Notes: generated by a model from the letters alone, not told the origin. DNA of 64,000 bases from Candidatus Spongiisociaceae bacterium (GCA_965213975.1 OZ243930.1:2166390-2230389); one strand, 5' to 3'. Counted from the stretch's first letter, positions 1-7,901 are shown. Made by a program: numbers and translations.

Positions 1-363
1 CGCGGCCGAGATCTCCAGATCGCGTCGGTCCTCCGCCCCTAAGGGGGGCAGGTGCGGGGTGCGGCCCAGCAACACATATTCGGCCACGCTCATGCCGGTG
101 GGTATCACCGGCTCCTGCGGAACGAGAGCTACCAGCCGCGCCCGCTCGCGGCTCCTCAACGATGAGGCTTCGATACCCGACAGCTGGATGCCCCCCGAGT
201 AGTTGACCAAACCGGCGATGGCCTTAAGCAATGTGGACTTCCCTGATCCGTTGGGGCCGAGTAGACCCAGCCATTCCCCGGTTCGTACCTTGAGCGAGAG
301 TTCGCGGATTGCGGTTAGGTCTCTCCCGTAGGACACCGACAGTCGATCAACGCTGATGCTCAT
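1..363 (-). CDS. ABC transporter ATP-binding protein (BtuD/FepC-like), partial; the N-terminal ~120 aa are in the window
   Basis: The reverse translation reads MSISVDRLSVSYGRDLTAIRELSLKVRTGEWLGLLGPNGSGKSTLLKAIAG..., which carries a Walker A motif. Its ATG at 361-363 overlaps the permease stop (ATGA). The gene continues beyond the window start. Confidence 0.85.
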   Translation of the reverse strand, partial: MSISVDRLSVSYGRDLTAIRELSLKVRTGEWLGLLGPNGSGKSTLLKAIAGLVNYSGGIQLSGIEASSLRSRERARLVALVPQEPVIPTGMSVAEYVLLGRTPHLPPLGAEDRRDLEISAA

Positions 364-1400
364 GCCATGTACCTCCGGCTGGTCCGGAGCACGAGAAGGA
401 AGAACGGTGCCCCGACGAAGGCGGTGATGACCCCTATGGGTAGCTCGGCCGGGCTAGCAACTGTCCTCGCCGCCAGATCGGCGACGATGAGAAACGCGGC
501 ACCGGCGACCACGGACAAAGGGACCAAGGATCGATAGCTGGTACCCACCAGCAGCCGGACGGTGTGCGGTATCACGATGCCGACGAAGCCGATCAGTCCG
601 CTGACTGCCACGGCCGCGGCGGTGGCCAGGGTAGCCAGAATCACCACGGCAGCCCTTACGTGGGATGCTGAGATTCCCAGGCTGGTCGCCTCCTCATCCC
701 CCACGCTCATCACGTCTAATAGGCGGCGGAGCAATACCAGCCCTGACATACAGATCACCGCGTAGGGCAGCAGCAGTACGACCTCGTGCCATCCGGTGGT
801 GGCGAGGAGGCCCAGAATCCAGGAGTAGACCGTGCGAATAGTATCGGCGTTGCGCTGCAGGATGTAGGTCTGAACCGCGGTGAAGAAGGTGGCAACCGCC
901 ACGCCAGCGAGGATCAGGGACACCGCGCTCCGTCCTCCCAGCGAACGCCCCACCGCATAGGTCAGGAGGACCGCTCCTAACGCCCCCACGAAGGCTGCGA
1001 CTGGTAGCCAGGCAGGACCCGCGCCGGGTAAGAGGGCGATCGCCACGGTCGCGCCTAGACCCCCTCCCGCGGCGACACCGAGGAGGTAGGGGTCGGCCAG
1101 CGGGTTGCGGAATACCCCCTGATATGCCGCGCCTGCTATCGACAACAAACCCCCGACCAGCCCCCCCAACACCACCCGTGGGAGTCGGATTTCCCAAATG
1201 ATCGCCTGGTGGACAGCAGAGAGTTGCGAGGGTCCCCCTGAGATCTTCGCCAGCAACTCCGCGAAGACCTGCCCGGGCGTGATACCGGCCGGTCCCACCA
1301 CAACCCCGGTGAGAGCGGCTACCGCCAAGAGCGCCGCCATGACGAAGAACCATCCCCAGCGCAGTCGGGATGGGTGCAGGCGCGGCGTTGCTCTCGACAT
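360..1400 (-). CDS. FecCD-family ABC transporter permease (BtuC-like)
   Basis: The 394-aa ORF contains a FecCD-type polytopic membrane domain with a Gly/Ala-rich TM signature. The start is placed at the internal Met MSRATPRL (ATG 1398-1400), which has an upstream GAGGA. Confidence 0.85.
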   Translation of the reverse strand: MSRATPRLHPSRLRWGWFFVMAALLAVAALTGVVVGPAGITPGQVFAELLAKISGGPSQLSAVHQAIIWEIRLPRVVLGGLVGGLLSIAGAAYQGVFRNPLADPYLLGVAAGGGLGATVAIALLPGAGPAWLPVAAFVGALGAVLLTYAVGRSLGGRSAVSLILAGVAVATFFTAVQTYILQRNADTIRTVYSWILGLLATTGWHEVVLLLPYAVICMSGLVLLRRLLDVMSVGDEEATSLGISASHVRAAVVILATLATAAAVAVSGLIGFVGIVIPHTVRLLVGTSYRSLVPLSVVAGAAFLIVADLAARTVASPAELPIGVITAFVGAPFFLLVLRTSRRYMA

Positions 1401-1405
1401 GTTCC

Positions 1406-2425
1406 TCAGGCTTGGTCGGCGACCGACTGGAGCGTCTGGCCGATGAGCCGCGCAAACTGGATCAACCTTGGGCCCCATCGGCTGGATAGGTCGTCGTCGA
1501 CTTCGAAGAGGTAGCCGTTGCCCACCGCGCTCAGCTCGTCCCATCCAGGCCTTCCCGCCACCGACTCAGCTGTAGTCCCACACCAGACAGCGCAACCGAA
1601 GAAAATGAGGTCAGGATCTGACTCAAGGATGTGCTCCGGAGACAGCTGGGGGTACCCGGAGCCGTCGGGGTCGGCAGGGTCGGCGATGTTTTCCAAGCCG
1701 AACAAGCCGTACACGACCCCGATGAAGGTGCCGGAGGTAGCGGAGAAGAAAGTGTCCGAAATCTCGTGGTAGAACGTCAGACCCCGACCGATATCCCCAT
1801 GACGGGAAACCAACTCGGCGATCTCCTCCTCAAGGGAAGACACCAAAGCCTCGGCCTCCTCGGAGTGGCCGGTGGCGACCCCCATATGCCGCATCTGCTC
1901 GTAGGCATCCTCAAGGCTCAGCGCGGGCTCGTGGACGAGGGTCGGGATCCCCAGCGCAGCCAGACCAGAGACGATCTCGTCGGGATTGCCCGACATGATC
2001 ACCAGATCCGGCTCGTACTCGGCGAGGGCCTCCAGGTTGGGTCGAAACCCGCTGAGGTCAGTCACCGGCGCACCGGGCGGGTAGTTCGACAAGGAATCAA
2101 CCGCCACCACTTGGTCTCCTGCCCCGACCCCATACAACATCTCCGTGGCGGTGGGTGACAGGGACACGATGGCTACCGGCTGCTCCGGGATGACCATCCC
2201 TGCCACTGTCACCGGAAAGGCGGCCGGTTCTGTGGTGGTCGGTACCGGTTGCGTCGTAGTCGAATCCGGTTGTGTCGTAGTAGCGGCTGGCTGTGTCGTA
2301 GTAGGGGCCGGCTGCGTCGTGGTCGGATCCGGTTGGCTGGCGGTGGGGGCGGTGGTCGTATCCCCGCTGCACGCTCCGACTATGAGCGTCAAGACAAGAA
2401 AAATCGACCTAATGGTGAGTCGCAT
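1406..2425 (-). CDS. ABC transporter periplasmic substrate-binding lipoprotein (BtuF/FepB class), probably corrinoid-binding
   Basis: The protein has a lipobox LIVGAC and a Thr/Pro-rich (TTTQP)n linker followed by a class III SBP fold. It is first in the operon with the permease and ATPase, and a cobalamin riboswitch lies upstream. Confidence 0.85.
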   Translation of the reverse strand: MRLTIRSIFLVLTLIVGACSGDTTTAPTASQPDPTTTQPAPTTTQPAATTTQPDSTTTQPVPTTTEPAAFPVTVAGMVIPEQPVAIVSLSPTATEMLYGVGAGDQVVAVDSLSNYPPGAPVTDLSGFRPNLEALAEYEPDLVIMSGNPDEIVSGLAALGIPTLVHEPALSLEDAYEQMRHMGVATGHSEEAEALVSSLEEEIAELVSRHGDIGRGLTFYHEISDTFFSATSGTFIGVVYGLFGLENIADPADPDGSGYPQLSPEHILESDPDLIFFGCAVWCGTTAESVAGRPGWDELSAVGNGYLFEVDDDLSSRWGPRLIQFARLIGQTLQSVADQA

Positions 2426-2469
2426 GACATCCTCCTGTGATTAGGAAGGATGAAGAGAGATCGGCTGGA

Positions 2470-2700
2470 GCCCTTGAGGCCCCGTACGAGCAACCCTTCT
2501 TCCGAGAGCTGATACGTGACCATGGGTCAGGCGACCTGGCTCGTCCTCACCAGCGTGAGGCTTGACAGTTGCGGGACAGCGCCGGACTCGCACCGGACTT
2601 CGCTGGTCTCCATGGCATCCGGCTGTTCACCCGGACCGATACCCACTATAGCGATACTTCCCCCCAGGGATTCGGCATGATCTCGCGTAGTCCTACCTCT
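2470..2700 (-). ncRNA. Cobalamin (AdoCbl) riboswitch in the 5' leader of the SBP-permease-ATPase operon
   Basis: The minus strand contains GGTGCGAGTCCGGCGCTGTCCCGCAACTGTCAAGCC, which matches the conserved cobalamin-riboswitch core GGTG.GAATCCGG...CCCGCAACTGTAA. It also contains a B12-box-like GAGCCAGGTCGCCTGACC near the 3' side. An AGGAGGA SD sits 7 nt before the ATG at 2425. Boundaries are approximate. Confidence 0.6.
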
Positions 2701-2863
2701 TCGGACTAGACAGGCTCTCCGGGAGAAACGGGCCCAGTCGAGAGGCTTACCGAGATAGAAGAACCTGACCCAACCACCAGAGAGTCCCGGTCGACTCGCT
2801 CGATTAGCGACGTCATGTGGCTAGGTTGGACTACCAACTACTAGGGCGTTGAGGAGGACTGAT

Positions 2864-3274
2864 ATGGCTATAGAGCAGGCGCGCGACTTCATAAGGTCTA
2901 ACCATCGGGGCATTCTGCTCACCTCTCGCCGGGTTGGTTCGCCTCAGATGTCCCCCATCGTTGCCAACGTCGACGCGGAGGGTTACATCGTGGTGTCAAG
3001 CCGGGCTACCGCCTATAAGGTGAAGAACCTGGAACGGAACCCGCGAACGTCGCTCTGTATGTTCACCGATCGCTTTTACGGACAATGGTTCCAAGTAGAC
3101 GGGGTAGCGGAGATCATCAGGTTGCCGGAGGCCATGGAACCCCTGGTTGATTACTACCGGTCTCTTTCCGGCGAACATCCCGATTGGGCCGAGTATCGGG
3201 AGGCGATGCAACGAGAGGAGCGGGTGATCATCCGCATAACCGCCGAACATGCCGGGCCAACCCGACACGGCTAG
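2864..3274 (+). CDS. PPOX-class (pyridoxamine 5'-phosphate oxidase-like) probable F420-dependent enzyme
   Basis: The 136-aa protein shows a PPOX/FMN-binding split-barrel pattern (IVANVDAEGYIVVSSR...). A GAGGAGG SD lies 6 nt upstream of ATG 2864. Confidence 0.7.
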   Translation: MAIEQARDFIRSNHRGILLTSRRVGSPQMSPIVANVDAEGYIVVSSRATAYKVKNLERNPRTSLCMFTDRFYGQWFQVDGVAEIIRLPEAMEPLVDYYRSLSGEHPDWAEYREAMQREERVIIRITAEHAGPTRHG

Positions 3275-3298
3275 ACCCGACGCTTAGGGCATCAGGCA

Positions 3299-3391
3299 TG
3301 GCGGAGGGGGTGGGATTCGAACCCACGAGGAGGTGCAACCCCCTACGGCATTTCGAGTGCCGCGCACTAGGCCAGACTATGCGACCCCTCC
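3299..3391 (-). tRNA. tRNA-Ser (anticodon CGA)
   Basis: The 93-nt reverse complement is GGAGGGGTCGCATAGTCTGGCCTAGTGCGCGGCACTCGAAATGCCGTAGGGGGTTGCACCTCCTCGTGGGTTCGAATCCCACCCCCTCCGCCA. It has a 7-bp acceptor stem, a long variable arm, a GTTCGAATC T-loop, an anticodon loop CTCGAAA, and an encoded CCA. Confidence 0.9.
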
Positions 3392-3425
3392 GGAGCCTAT
3401 GCAGTCTACCCATCCGACGCAGGCC

Positions 3426-3881
3426 CTAGCCTCGCCGGGACTTGAAGAAGTCCCTCAACAGGGCGGAACACTCCTCTTCTAACACCCCAGACACCAACTC
3501 GATCCGGTGGTTTAATCGCGGGTCCTGGGGAACGTTGTAGAGACTCCACGCCGCTCCCGCCTTGAGGTCAGCGGCACCATAGACGATCCGATCGACTCGC
3601 GCCGCTACGGCGGCCCCGGCGCACATTACGCAAGGCTCCAAAGTGACCACCAGGGTGTGGCCAGCCAAACGCCATCCGCCAACCCGGCGGCCCGCGGCCC
3701 CGAGCACCAGCAACTCGGCGTGAGCAGTCGGATCGTGGCTTGCTTCACGACGATTGTGGTCGGACGCCACCGCGGTCCCATCCGGTCCCACCAGCAACGC
3801 CCCCACCGGGACGTCGCCGTGTAGGGGAGCTTTGACAGCTTCGGCGAGGGCCATCTGCATCCAATGTTCCCAGGAAGACAT
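3426..3881 (-). CDS. tadA: tRNA-specific adenosine deaminase TadA
   Basis: The protein carries the CMP/dCMP deaminase zinc motifs HAE...PCVMCAGA. The start is taken at MSSWEH; an in-frame alternative exists at 3893. Confidence 0.85.
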   Translation of the reverse strand: MSSWEHWMQMALAEAVKAPLHGDVPVGALLVGPDGTAVASDHNRREASHDPTAHAELLVLGAAGRRVGGWRLAGHTLVVTLEPCVMCAGAAVAARVDRIVYGAADLKAGAAWSLYNVPQDPRLNHRIELVSGVLEEECSALLRDFFKSRRG

Positions 3882-3964
3882 CACACCCACCACTAGCGAT
3901 ACCGGCTACATGAACACCGTGCAGCCCGCCGTCGAATGCGGATCACGAGCACCTGGTCGGTCGC

Positions 3965-4098
3965 CGACTCCGGTCCGGCACCCCCACGGCACCCGGCTCC
4001 GTTCGCTTAGGGCTGCTTCCTCCCGGACCTGACCCGGTTCACGAAGGTTCCGCTGCGTAGGACCCGACCTTCAACACCACGTGCCGACCGGACGCTCG
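3965..4098 (-). ncRNA. ffs: Candidate signal recognition particle RNA (small 4.5S-type, ffs)
   Basis: The minus strand reads ...CCGGGTCAGGTCCGGGAGGAAGCAGCC..., which matches the SRP RNA domain IV consensus CAGGUCAGGUCCGGAAGGAAGCAGCC with a GNRA tetraloop. Terminal segments near 3971-3983 and 4081-4093 are complementary, which is consistent with the long SRP hairpin. The position beside tadA and tRNA-Ser is typical. Ends are approximate. Confidence 0.6.
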
Positions 4099-4250
4099 CT
4101 GTCACGACACCCTTCGACGGGCATTCCGCCCCGCTTCTAGAGGGTTTCGGGCTACAGGACACCCCTAGCGCCCCGCGTAGCACGGTCGTAGCCAGTCTAA
4201 CGAAGGTCCCTGAAACGGCCACGAAGCCCAGCCGGTAGAATTGGCAGCCC

Positions 4251-4340
4251 GGAGGGATCGCATAGTCTGGCCTAGTGCGCACGCCTGGAAAGCGTGTTGG
4301 CGTTTACCGCGCCTCGTGGGTTCGAATCCCACTCCCTCCG
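4251..4340 (+). tRNA. tRNA-Ser (anticodon GGA)
   Basis: The sequence is GGAGGGATCGCATAGTCTGGCCTAGTGCGCACGCCTGGAAAGCGTGTTGGCGTTTACCGCGCCTCGTGGGTTCGAATCCCACTCCCTCCG. It has an anticodon loop CTGGAAA, a long variable arm and a 7-bp acceptor stem. CCA is not encoded. Confidence 0.9.
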
Positions 4341-4513
4341 CTGGCTAGCCGTACTGTCCAGGGGGTTCAACCACCCCTCGCCCCACGTATGGGCCCACCG
4401 GCAGCTGTACGCCACCAACCAGGCCCTCACCACTTACACTGAACGTCTCGTCTAGGCGTCTGCGTAGCCGAGCGGGGGTTGATGTAGTCACATTGATGCT
4501 CTAAAGTGACCAC

Positions 4514-4768
4514 ATGAATGTCGGCATCCGTGAACTCAAGGCTCGTCTATCGGAGTACGTGAAGAAGGCTGCGGCGGGAGAGCATATCCTCGTGACCGAC
4601 CGGGGCAGGCCGGTTGCGAGACTCGAAGGCCTAGGCGGCTCATCGAGGGTGGAAAGAGGGATCGCTGAGGGGTGGATAACGCCCCCGGCGCGCTCCGGAC
4701 TCACACCCGCCGTGTACTACAAGGCTTCTCGGAGCACCATGGAGGTGATAGACGAGGATCGGGGATGA
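4514..4768 (+). CDS. Type II antitoxin, Phd/YefM-like
   Basis: The 84-aa protein begins MNVGIRELKARLSEYVKKAAAGEHILVTDRGRPVARL, which is the canonical Phd/YefM N-terminus. Its stop overlaps the PIN-toxin start (ATGA at 4765-4768). Confidence 0.8.
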   Translation: MNVGIRELKARLSEYVKKAAAGEHILVTDRGRPVARLEGLGGSSRVERGIAEGWITPPARSGLTPAVYYKASRSTMEVIDEDRG

Positions 4769-5166
4769 CCCTTTATGTCGACACGAGTGCCCTGATCAAG
4801 CGGTATGTCCACGAGCGGGATTCCGAAGTCGCCGAGCAGCTGATGATGACCGATCCCGTACTCGTGACCTCGTGGCTCACCGAAGTCGAGCTGCGTCGCA
4901 ACCTCACTCGCCTCCTTGACGGTGACGATCTTGTCAGCGCCCGTCGTCGTGCCCAGGCAGACTTGGGCGCGTTCGCGCTGGTCAACCTCGATGCGGCTAC
5001 CTGCACCGATGCTGCCCGCATTGCGGAGCAGACACTGTGCCGTTCGCTCGACGCACTGCATGTGGCCGCCGCACTCCGCATAGGTCAGTTAACGACTTTG
5101 CTCACCTTTGACATACGCCAAGCTCAAGTCGCACGATCAGTAGGCCTCTCCGTCGTCGGAGTTTGA
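4765..5166 (+). CDS. vapC: PIN-domain toxin VapC
   Basis: The protein begins MTLYVDTSALIKRY and contains ...TSWLTEVEL... and ...LDALHVAAAL..., giving the PIN acidic quartet pattern. It is translationally coupled to the upstream antitoxin. Confidence 0.8.
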   Translation: MTLYVDTSALIKRYVHERDSEVAEQLMMTDPVLVTSWLTEVELRRNLTRLLDGDDLVSARRRAQADLGAFALVNLDAATCTDAARIAEQTLCRSLDALHVAAALRIGQLTTLLTFDIRQAQVARSVGLSVVGV

Positions 5167-5384
5167 CCAAAGGAGCATCTCACACATGGGGTCAAGATCT
5201 GATATAGGTCCCCTTCCGACCCAGGTAGGCGCGGACTTCTTCAGCCTTGTGGCGTATGTCGTCCTTTTGTGTGAACTTCGACCGGTACAGAAATGGGCTC
5301 TGGTTAAGACCCCGGATCGGCACATGGAAAAGTCAAGCAAGCTTGGCATAGCGATCGAGGACCTGAACGAATAGTCAACCCGCC

Positions 5385-7646
5385 CTAGTTCCAGTGATCG
5401 CGAGTGTACTCGTATTGGTCGTTGCCATACAGTTGCTTGGTCGCGTTACCGACCCGAACCCAAAAGTCGCTGGCGGTTGTGCCGCCATCCTGTGCTCGCG
5501 CGAACACCGGCTTTCCAGAAGATGAAACAAAAACGACACATACTGTGCCCGTTGAGGTCTCCTCGAAGGCAATCTCTACTACCTTGGCAGTCGAGATTGA
5601 GAGGTCTGCGTCAAGTCGCTGGCGTAGCCACAGTTCGTAAGAGTCGGTGTTCCTTCTCGCTTTGGTCATGGAGGAGAAATCAGGCCCGAGGCCTAGGACC
5701 GCGCCTTGGTCGTCCACGCCAATCAGAAGTGTCCCGCCATCAGAGTTGAGAAACCCGGCCACCGTCTTGACAATCACGTGTTCCATCGCCTTGTCAGACC
5801 GTCGGGCCCTCAGGTTGTAGCGAGCAGTCGACTTGAACTCGAGTGTCTGGGACTCACCAGCCTTAAGCATCTGCTGCAAGGTCGTGGAAGCTTGCCCGGG
5901 CACATGCCCTATCCGACTGAATCCCTGCCTGGTCACCCGGGCCATCAGCTTGCGGCGCTTCTCCAAGAATTCGGCGTAGTTCAACTGCTCCCAGCCGATA
6001 GGCAAGGCATGCAGGCGCGCCTGCTTGTCGAGCCGGCCGGACGCAAACCGGGCTGCCAAGGGGGGCCAGTAATCAGCGGGGCCAGCGGCACCCTTCGACA
6101 CGTCATCGGGCTGATCCATGAAGCCGGTGTTGGCGATGGCGTTATAGTCCGTGGATTTTTTCAGTCCCAGGGTTGCTAAATAGGCCCGCGGGAAAAGAAG
6201 GTCTCTGTCGAGCGACACCTTGGAACGTGGACCGGCGTCGAGCAGATCCCGCACGCGCTGCCTGCCCAGGAGCGTTTCCGCGTCGAGCAGCACCAGTGCC
6301 GCCCAATACGCCGACAGGGGTGCCGACTTGGGTGCCGATGTGTCGAGCTGGTTGGGAAGTGTGATCTCCCAGTAGTCGGATGTGAACTCAACCCCGATCA
6401 GTCGGTCCAACACCTCGAGAAACGCTTGGCCGTCCGAACCTGCCTGGGAGATGCGATTCAGATCGGATTGCAGTTGGCTCTCGGAAGAGCCCGTGTAGCG
6501 CCTAGTAGCGTGGGCCATGAAGAACCAGCGGGCGATCGCGTCATCAAGGGACGAAGTATCGGCATCCGTATCCCTTAGGCCGATCAACCAGATTATGTAG
6601 CAATATAGAACGGCAATGTCAGAGGTAATCATCCGCCGATCCCGGAATCCGGCCGTTCTCAGACATTCGAGGAAGCGACTCCAATTGGTGAGGTCCAACA
6701 CCTCGTCCTGCGCGCGCCTAAGCTCTCTGAACTGCCGATCTCGCCGTACCTCCGAGATCTCCCCGGTATCGAGGTCCTTGCCGCGCAAGATGTTGTAGAC
6801 GGTCGCCAAACTGCCCCTACGGAAGGCCAGTCCGACCGAGACACGCAACATCTGGTCGGCGTCGGGATCGATAAACGGGTTCCTCGGAGACCGCTGGCCC
6901 GGACTCGCGGTTCTGGCTTCTCGGCAGAAGTCCTCGAGTTGGCGGCGGCCCTTATCCCAGTACACCGACATCAGCGTCAGGATGAAGTTCGCCCGGTTGA
7001 GAATGGCCCCCTGGGAATTGGTTCGCACGAAGACTTCGGCCACCACGTCCGCTTCGACCCGTTCATTGATTTCGATGGCGTGAAACGCGAACCGTTGGAG
7101 GTCCCGGACCCGGTCGATCCGATCCTCGTATAGGTCCTTGTCCTGCTGGGTGATGTCTGTATGGCGTGAAGCTTGGAGACGGGACAGGAACTCGCGAACG
7201 GTCTGGCGATGGCTGACCCAGATTGCGGAAATGTCGGGAAGGTACTCGGGGTCCTGGCGAATCGCTGCGTTATACACATCGAAGGTCTCCGCCACCGGAT
7301 TAAAGGCTATGCGGATGCGCCTTTCTGTGAAGTTCTTGGTTAGAACGGCTTCGCCCGTGAGGATTGCATACAGGGATGTCAACCGCTGCTGGCCGTCTAC
7401 GATGGCCAATTTGGCCACCGACGTTGCGCTGTCATCGATCTGGCGTAGGTTCGCATCAGCGCCGGTATCCCAGAAGAGAAGGGAGCCGACCGGAAACCCC
7501 CGATACATAGAATCGATCAGCTCGCGGGCCTTCGTATTACCCCATACGAACGGTCGCTGGATATCCGGCAACCCGATCCTACCCTCGCTGATGTCTTCGA
7601 TCAGGGAGCCGAGAGAGTAAGTGGTGGTTCGGTAGAGGCTGGACAT
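5385..7646 (-). CDS. GmrSD-like DUF262 (ParB/Srx-fold) protein with a C-terminal AlbA_2/Schlafen-like domain; candidate stand-alone defence nuclease
   Basis: The N-terminus has the motifs IQRPFVW...DGQQRLTSL...FVRTNSQGAILNRANF, which define DUF262 (GmrSD/SspE/BrxU-type NTP-binding ParB-like domain). The C-terminal ~140 aa read TLEFKSTARYN...AGFLNSDGGTLLIGVDDQGAVLGLG, which matches the AlbA_2 'divergent AAA/Schlafen' DNA-binding domain. The middle region may hold a degenerate DUF1524-like segment. The start is placed at MSSLYRTT (ATG 7644-7646) with an AGGAAGG upstream; the ORF could extend in frame to 7706. Confidence 0.75.
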   Translation of the reverse strand: MSSLYRTTTYSLGSLIEDISEGRIGLPDIQRPFVWGNTKARELIDSMYRGFPVGSLLFWDTGADANLRQIDDSATSVAKLAIVDGQQRLTSLYAILTGEAVLTKNFTERRIRIAFNPVAETFDVYNAAIRQDPEYLPDISAIWVSHRQTVREFLSRLQASRHTDITQQDKDLYEDRIDRVRDLQRFAFHAIEINERVEADVVAEVFVRTNSQGAILNRANFILTLMSVYWDKGRRQLEDFCREARTASPGQRSPRNPFIDPDADQMLRVSVGLAFRRGSLATVYNILRGKDLDTGEISEVRRDRQFRELRRAQDEVLDLTNWSRFLECLRTAGFRDRRMITSDIAVLYCYIIWLIGLRDTDADTSSLDDAIARWFFMAHATRRYTGSSESQLQSDLNRISQAGSDGQAFLEVLDRLIGVEFTSDYWEITLPNQLDTSAPKSAPLSAYWAALVLLDAETLLGRQRVRDLLDAGPRSKVSLDRDLLFPRAYLATLGLKKSTDYNAIANTGFMDQPDDVSKGAAGPADYWPPLAARFASGRLDKQARLHALPIGWEQLNYAEFLEKRRKLMARVTRQGFSRIGHVPGQASTTLQQMLKAGESQTLEFKSTARYNLRARRSDKAMEHVIVKTVAGFLNSDGGTLLIGVDDQGAVLGLGPDFSSMTKARRNTDSYELWLRQRLDADLSISTAKVVEIAFEETSTGTVCVVFVSSSGKPVFARAQDGGTTASDFWVRVGNATKQLYGNDQYEYTRDHWN

Positions 7647-7901
7647 GGCGGGCAAGTCTACCTTCCTGGTGTGACACCAACAGATGTGACACCAACAGAA
7701 GCCCACTACCGTCGACGATAATCACGAGTCCCCCTAGCTCGACTCGACACCCGCAGATAAGACACTCGCCGGCAAACCCGGGCAGCTCAACCAGTGGCCA
7801 GTTGGGGCTTGGATCGCACTGAGGCGTCGCGCCCGCTTTGTCGGTGGCAGTTGCTATTTGTGAGCCAGTCGGTAGTTTGAAGCCGCTCACGGTGGTGGTT
7901 G

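Noticed and set aside
694-1455. 253-aa ORF antisense/out-of-frame within the FecCD permease gene; similar shadow ORFs also occur at 12615-13328, 21518-22333, 45058-46659 and 46978-48387
   Set aside because: Long open frames on the opposite strand or in alternative frames are expected in ~70% GC DNA. Each overlaps a gene with strong, recognisable homology (permease, CorC, gyrB/gyrA). Their products are Arg/Pro/Gly-rich low-complexity strings.
3754-4282. ORFs 3754-4032(+) and 4007-4282(-) from the six-frame track
   Set aside because: They overlap the SRP-RNA-like sequence and tRNA-Ser. They have no coding signature or homology and an atypical composition. They are best explained as non-coding RNA genes.
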